Positions 61,397 to 64,000 of a stretch of 64,000 nucleotides of DNA are shown one piece after another; the first letter of the stretch is position 1; every line of letters starts with the position of its first letter. The position numbers and the translations under genes were made by a program. The notes beneath the pieces were generated by a model. That model saw only the letters and a program-made list of their open reading frames with translations. It had not been told where the DNA came from and did not search any database. Origin of the DNA: an uncultured Planctomycetaceae bacterium (GTDB taxonomy: Bacteria; Planctomycetota; Planctomycetia; Planctomycetales; Planctomycetaceae); the NCBI GenBank assembly GCA_963815195.1, contig CAWFGE010000022.1:128001-192000 (forward strand), written 5' to 3'.

Positions 61397-62513
61397 ATGA
61401 GAAAGTCGAACGGTTTGGTCGAGCGGTTTGGGTTCTGGTCGCTCGTGGCCGTCGTGGTCGCGTTGGGGATTCTGTTCTATCACATTGTTGAGCCGTTTCT
61501 GATTTCGCTGTTGTTTGCGGCCATGCTGTCGGTGCTGTTCCGGCCGCTGTTTCATCGGGCCGTGAAATGGCTCGGCGGACGGCACAAGGCCGCGGCCGGA
61601 CTGACCGCGCTCATCTTGCTGATGATGCTCTTGCCGCTTGCGGGGGCGATGTTTTTAGCCGGGCGCGAGTTGGCGGCGATCGGCCAGGATGTGGTGGAAT
61701 GGAACCCCAACGAGCATCCCCTGGTGAAAGACGTGAAATGGTATTGGAAAAACCATCTCACCGAGGACGAATGGCAGCAGATTCAAGATTCCGTGCAAAA
61801 AGGCGTCGGCGAGATCACGGCGAACATTTTCGACCGCACGCAGGCCTTTCTCTCCAACGTCATCCGCTTTGTCGTCGGGCTGACGATCATGTTTTTGGCC
61901 CTGTATTACTTCTTTGCCGACGGTCCGTTGATCGTCAATACGCTGCGGTCGGTCTCGCCCTTGGAGCCGCACGATGAAGAGGTCGCATTCGAGCAGTTCG
62001 TCTCCGTGTGCCGGGGCGTGATCATCGGCAGCCTGTTGTGCGCGGTCGTGCAGGCCGTGCTTTTGGGCATCGGCCTGGCGATCGCCGGCGTCAGCGGGTT
62101 GTGGCTGCTCTCGGCCTTGACGTTTTTGTTTTCGATGGTTCCCTTTGTCGGGGCCGCGGGCGTGTGGCTGCCGGTGACGCTCTGGCTGTTGTCGGCGGGC
62201 GAATATCCATCGGCGACGTTTCTCGGTCTCTACGGAGCCGGAATTGTTTCCACGTCGGACAACCTGGTCCGCGCTTATGTTCTTAAAGGCTCGTCGAACA
62301 TGCACCCGCTCGTGGGATTGATCAGCGTGATCGGAGCGATCCAGACTCGTGGGGCTGTGGGGCGTCTTTCTGGGGCCGATTGCCGCCGCCCTGTTTTATT
62401 CACTGCTCAAACTCCTCAACATGCGGCTGGCCCGTCCGGACCCCGCGATGGAGGCTGTCCACCAAATCGAAGAGCAATCCCAGCCCGAGTGCTCCCCAAC
62501 CGATTCGGATTGA
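61397..62513 (+). CDS. AI-2E family transporter (frameshift ~62347)
   Basis: YYFFADG, PFVG, DNLVR, MHP...GVFLGP. Confidence 0.88.
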
Positions 62514-62522
62514 AGTCGCAGC

Positions 62523-62696
62523 CCGGAAAATCCGAAATCCGAATCTCGAAATCCGAAACAAATGCCAATGACCGAAATTCCAATATCCAAACCCTGCGAG
62601 TCGGTTGTGCTTTACAAATCGAGGGATGGGTTTGGAACATTCGGATTTTGGATTTGTTTCGGATTTGGGATTTCGTGCTGCGGATTTGCACCAGAA
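62523..62696. repeat. ~170-bp heptamer-based palindromic element
   Basis: reverse-complement copy of 52207-52372. Confidence 0.85.
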
Positions 62697-62720
62697 CCTG
62701 CGCCGAATTGCGAGGGTGAT

Positions 62721-63632
62721 TTAACCCTCGGATTCGACGTGCACTTTTTGGCTCGGCACGCAGCGATCGCAAATAACCTGGATAAACTCGGCCCCCAAAA
62801 ACAGCAAATGGCTCGCATAATACAGCCACAACAGAATCGCCAGGAACGACCCCAAGGTGCCGTAGGCGTTCGTGTAGCGGGTTCCGATCAAGATGTTGGA
62901 TAAGACATGCCGGCCCGCTTCCCATCCCACCGCGACGAGCACCGCCCCGGCCAGGGCTTCCCGCCAGCGGATTTTCACCTTCGGCAGCAACCGGTACAGC
63001 AATGTGAAAGCCAGCGTATTCAGCACCAGGCTCGCCGTCCAATCCGTGATCCGGGCCAGAACGTCGGGGATCGGCAGCCACCGCGACGCGAACTGTTCGA
63101 GCGCCGTGACGGTCATCCCGGCGATGAAAATCGCCAGGATCAAGAGGCCCACCGAACACAGCATAACAAACGCGCGAAACCTCTCCAGCACCAGGTGGCG
63201 GAGCGATTGCACGACGCCCATTTCCTCAGGCTCGGGCACGTTCCAAATCACGTCGAAGGCCCGTTCGAACTGGGCGAAAATCGCGACCGCTCCGAACAGC
63301 ATGCCCGCGATCCCCAGGACCCCGTTCAGCGAGGCGTCTTGCTGAACCTGGCTCAAAACGGATTCGAGTTGCTCCCGCAACTCGGGCGAACCTTCTTGTT
63401 CGACCGCGGACAGCACTTCGTGCCGGGCGTCCTGGCCCAATGTCGTCGTCTTCAGAAAAAACCCCACGCCCGAAACCAGAACAATCAATAAGGGGAGCAG
63501 CGAAACGCCCGCGTAATAGGACACCGCGGCGGCCATCAAGCTGCCGTCGTCCCGCTGAAAGCGGCTCCAGGTCTCGCTGGCGGGATTCCAAATCGAGTTG
63601 ACGACCCAATTCCAGAACGTGTTTTTTATCAT
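62721..63632 (-). CDS. YihY/BrkB family membrane protein
   Basis: AAAVSYY...SLLP, YGTLGS, LWLYY, LGAE. Confidence 0.92.
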   Translation of the reverse strand: MIKNTFWNWVVNSIWNPASETWSRFQRDDGSLMAAAVSYYAGVSLLPLLIVLVSGVGFFLKTTTLGQDARHEVLSAVEQEGSPELREQLESVLSQVQQDASLNGVLGIAGMLFGAVAIFAQFERAFDVIWNVPEPEEMGVVQSLRHLVLERFRAFVMLCSVGLLILAIFIAGMTVTALEQFASRWLPIPDVLARITDWTASLVLNTLAFTLLYRLLPKVKIRWREALAGAVLVAVGWEAGRHVLSNILIGTRYTNAYGTLGSFLAILLWLYYASHLLFLGAEFIQVICDRCVPSQKVHVESEG

Positions 63633-63794
63633 CGTGACTCAGGCGGATTTTGCAGTTGAGAATTGGCCCTCGGCTCGCCGGGCGGATGTATCATACTGCG
63701 TCGAAAACGCGGGAAACAGCGAGGGCCGTTTTCTTCCATGGCCTGGAAATGGTAGCCGGCAAACGGGAACCGCTCGAGGACGAAACCGCGGGCG

Positions 63795-64000
63795 TCAGTC
63801 GCTGCCGATGAACCGGGCGAGCGGCTTCGATTGTTCCAGATGCTGGAAAATGATTTTGAGGATCCCCAACAGCGGCACCGCGATCAGAATTCCCCCAATT
63901 CCCCAGACCCAGCCCCAAAACACGATAAATAAGAACACAACGGGAGGGTTCAGCTTCATGGACTGCCCCAAGATCATCGGCGTGATCACGTTGCCTTCGA
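63795..64000 (-). CDS. AI-2E family transporter, C-terminal part (runs off window)
   Basis: EGNVITPMILG...LNP...FWGWVWG...AVP. Confidence 0.85.
   Translation of the reverse strand, partial: EGNVITPMILGQSMKLNPPVVFLFIVFWGWVWGIGGILIAVPLLGILKIIFQHLEQSKPLARFIGSD

Noticed and set aside
1..64000. Widespread pseudogenisation or programmed frameshifting
   Set aside because: Single-base breaks occur in about a dozen unrelated genes whose motifs are otherwise intact, with no shared slippery site; sequencing or assembly error is more parsimonious.

Overview
GC-rich chromosomal window from a planctomycete, inferred from the DUF1559, DUF1501, DUF1549/DUF1553 and DUF1080 genes. Many unrelated genes carry single-base frameshifts, which most likely reflect sequencing or assembly errors. 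Housekeeping content includes a CLC channel, sucA-sucB-lpdA, trmB, a fabZ-like gene, aguA/aguB, a partial Flp/Tad pilus cluster, transporters and several families of palindromic REP-like repeats. Two regions stand out. (1) At 55.2-56.5 kb, a RelE/HigB-like toxin and XRE antitoxin pair is interrupted by a cas-less, degenerate 4-repeat CRISPR-like array. The array appears inserted at a duplicated ACCGCGGCC in the antitoxin 5' end, and its last spacer supplies the RBS and ATG now in frame with the antitoxin. (2) At 30.7-45.5 kb, an island carries an alkene-monooxygenase-type (AmoABC/EtnABC-like) diiron monooxygenase with no adjacent reductase. It sits with an epoxide hydrolase, a RoxA/MauG-like di-heme cytochrome, a membrane patatin and a kinase-pseudocyclase-ATPase-TPR protein. 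All family calls come from motif recognition by eye; no database searches were run.
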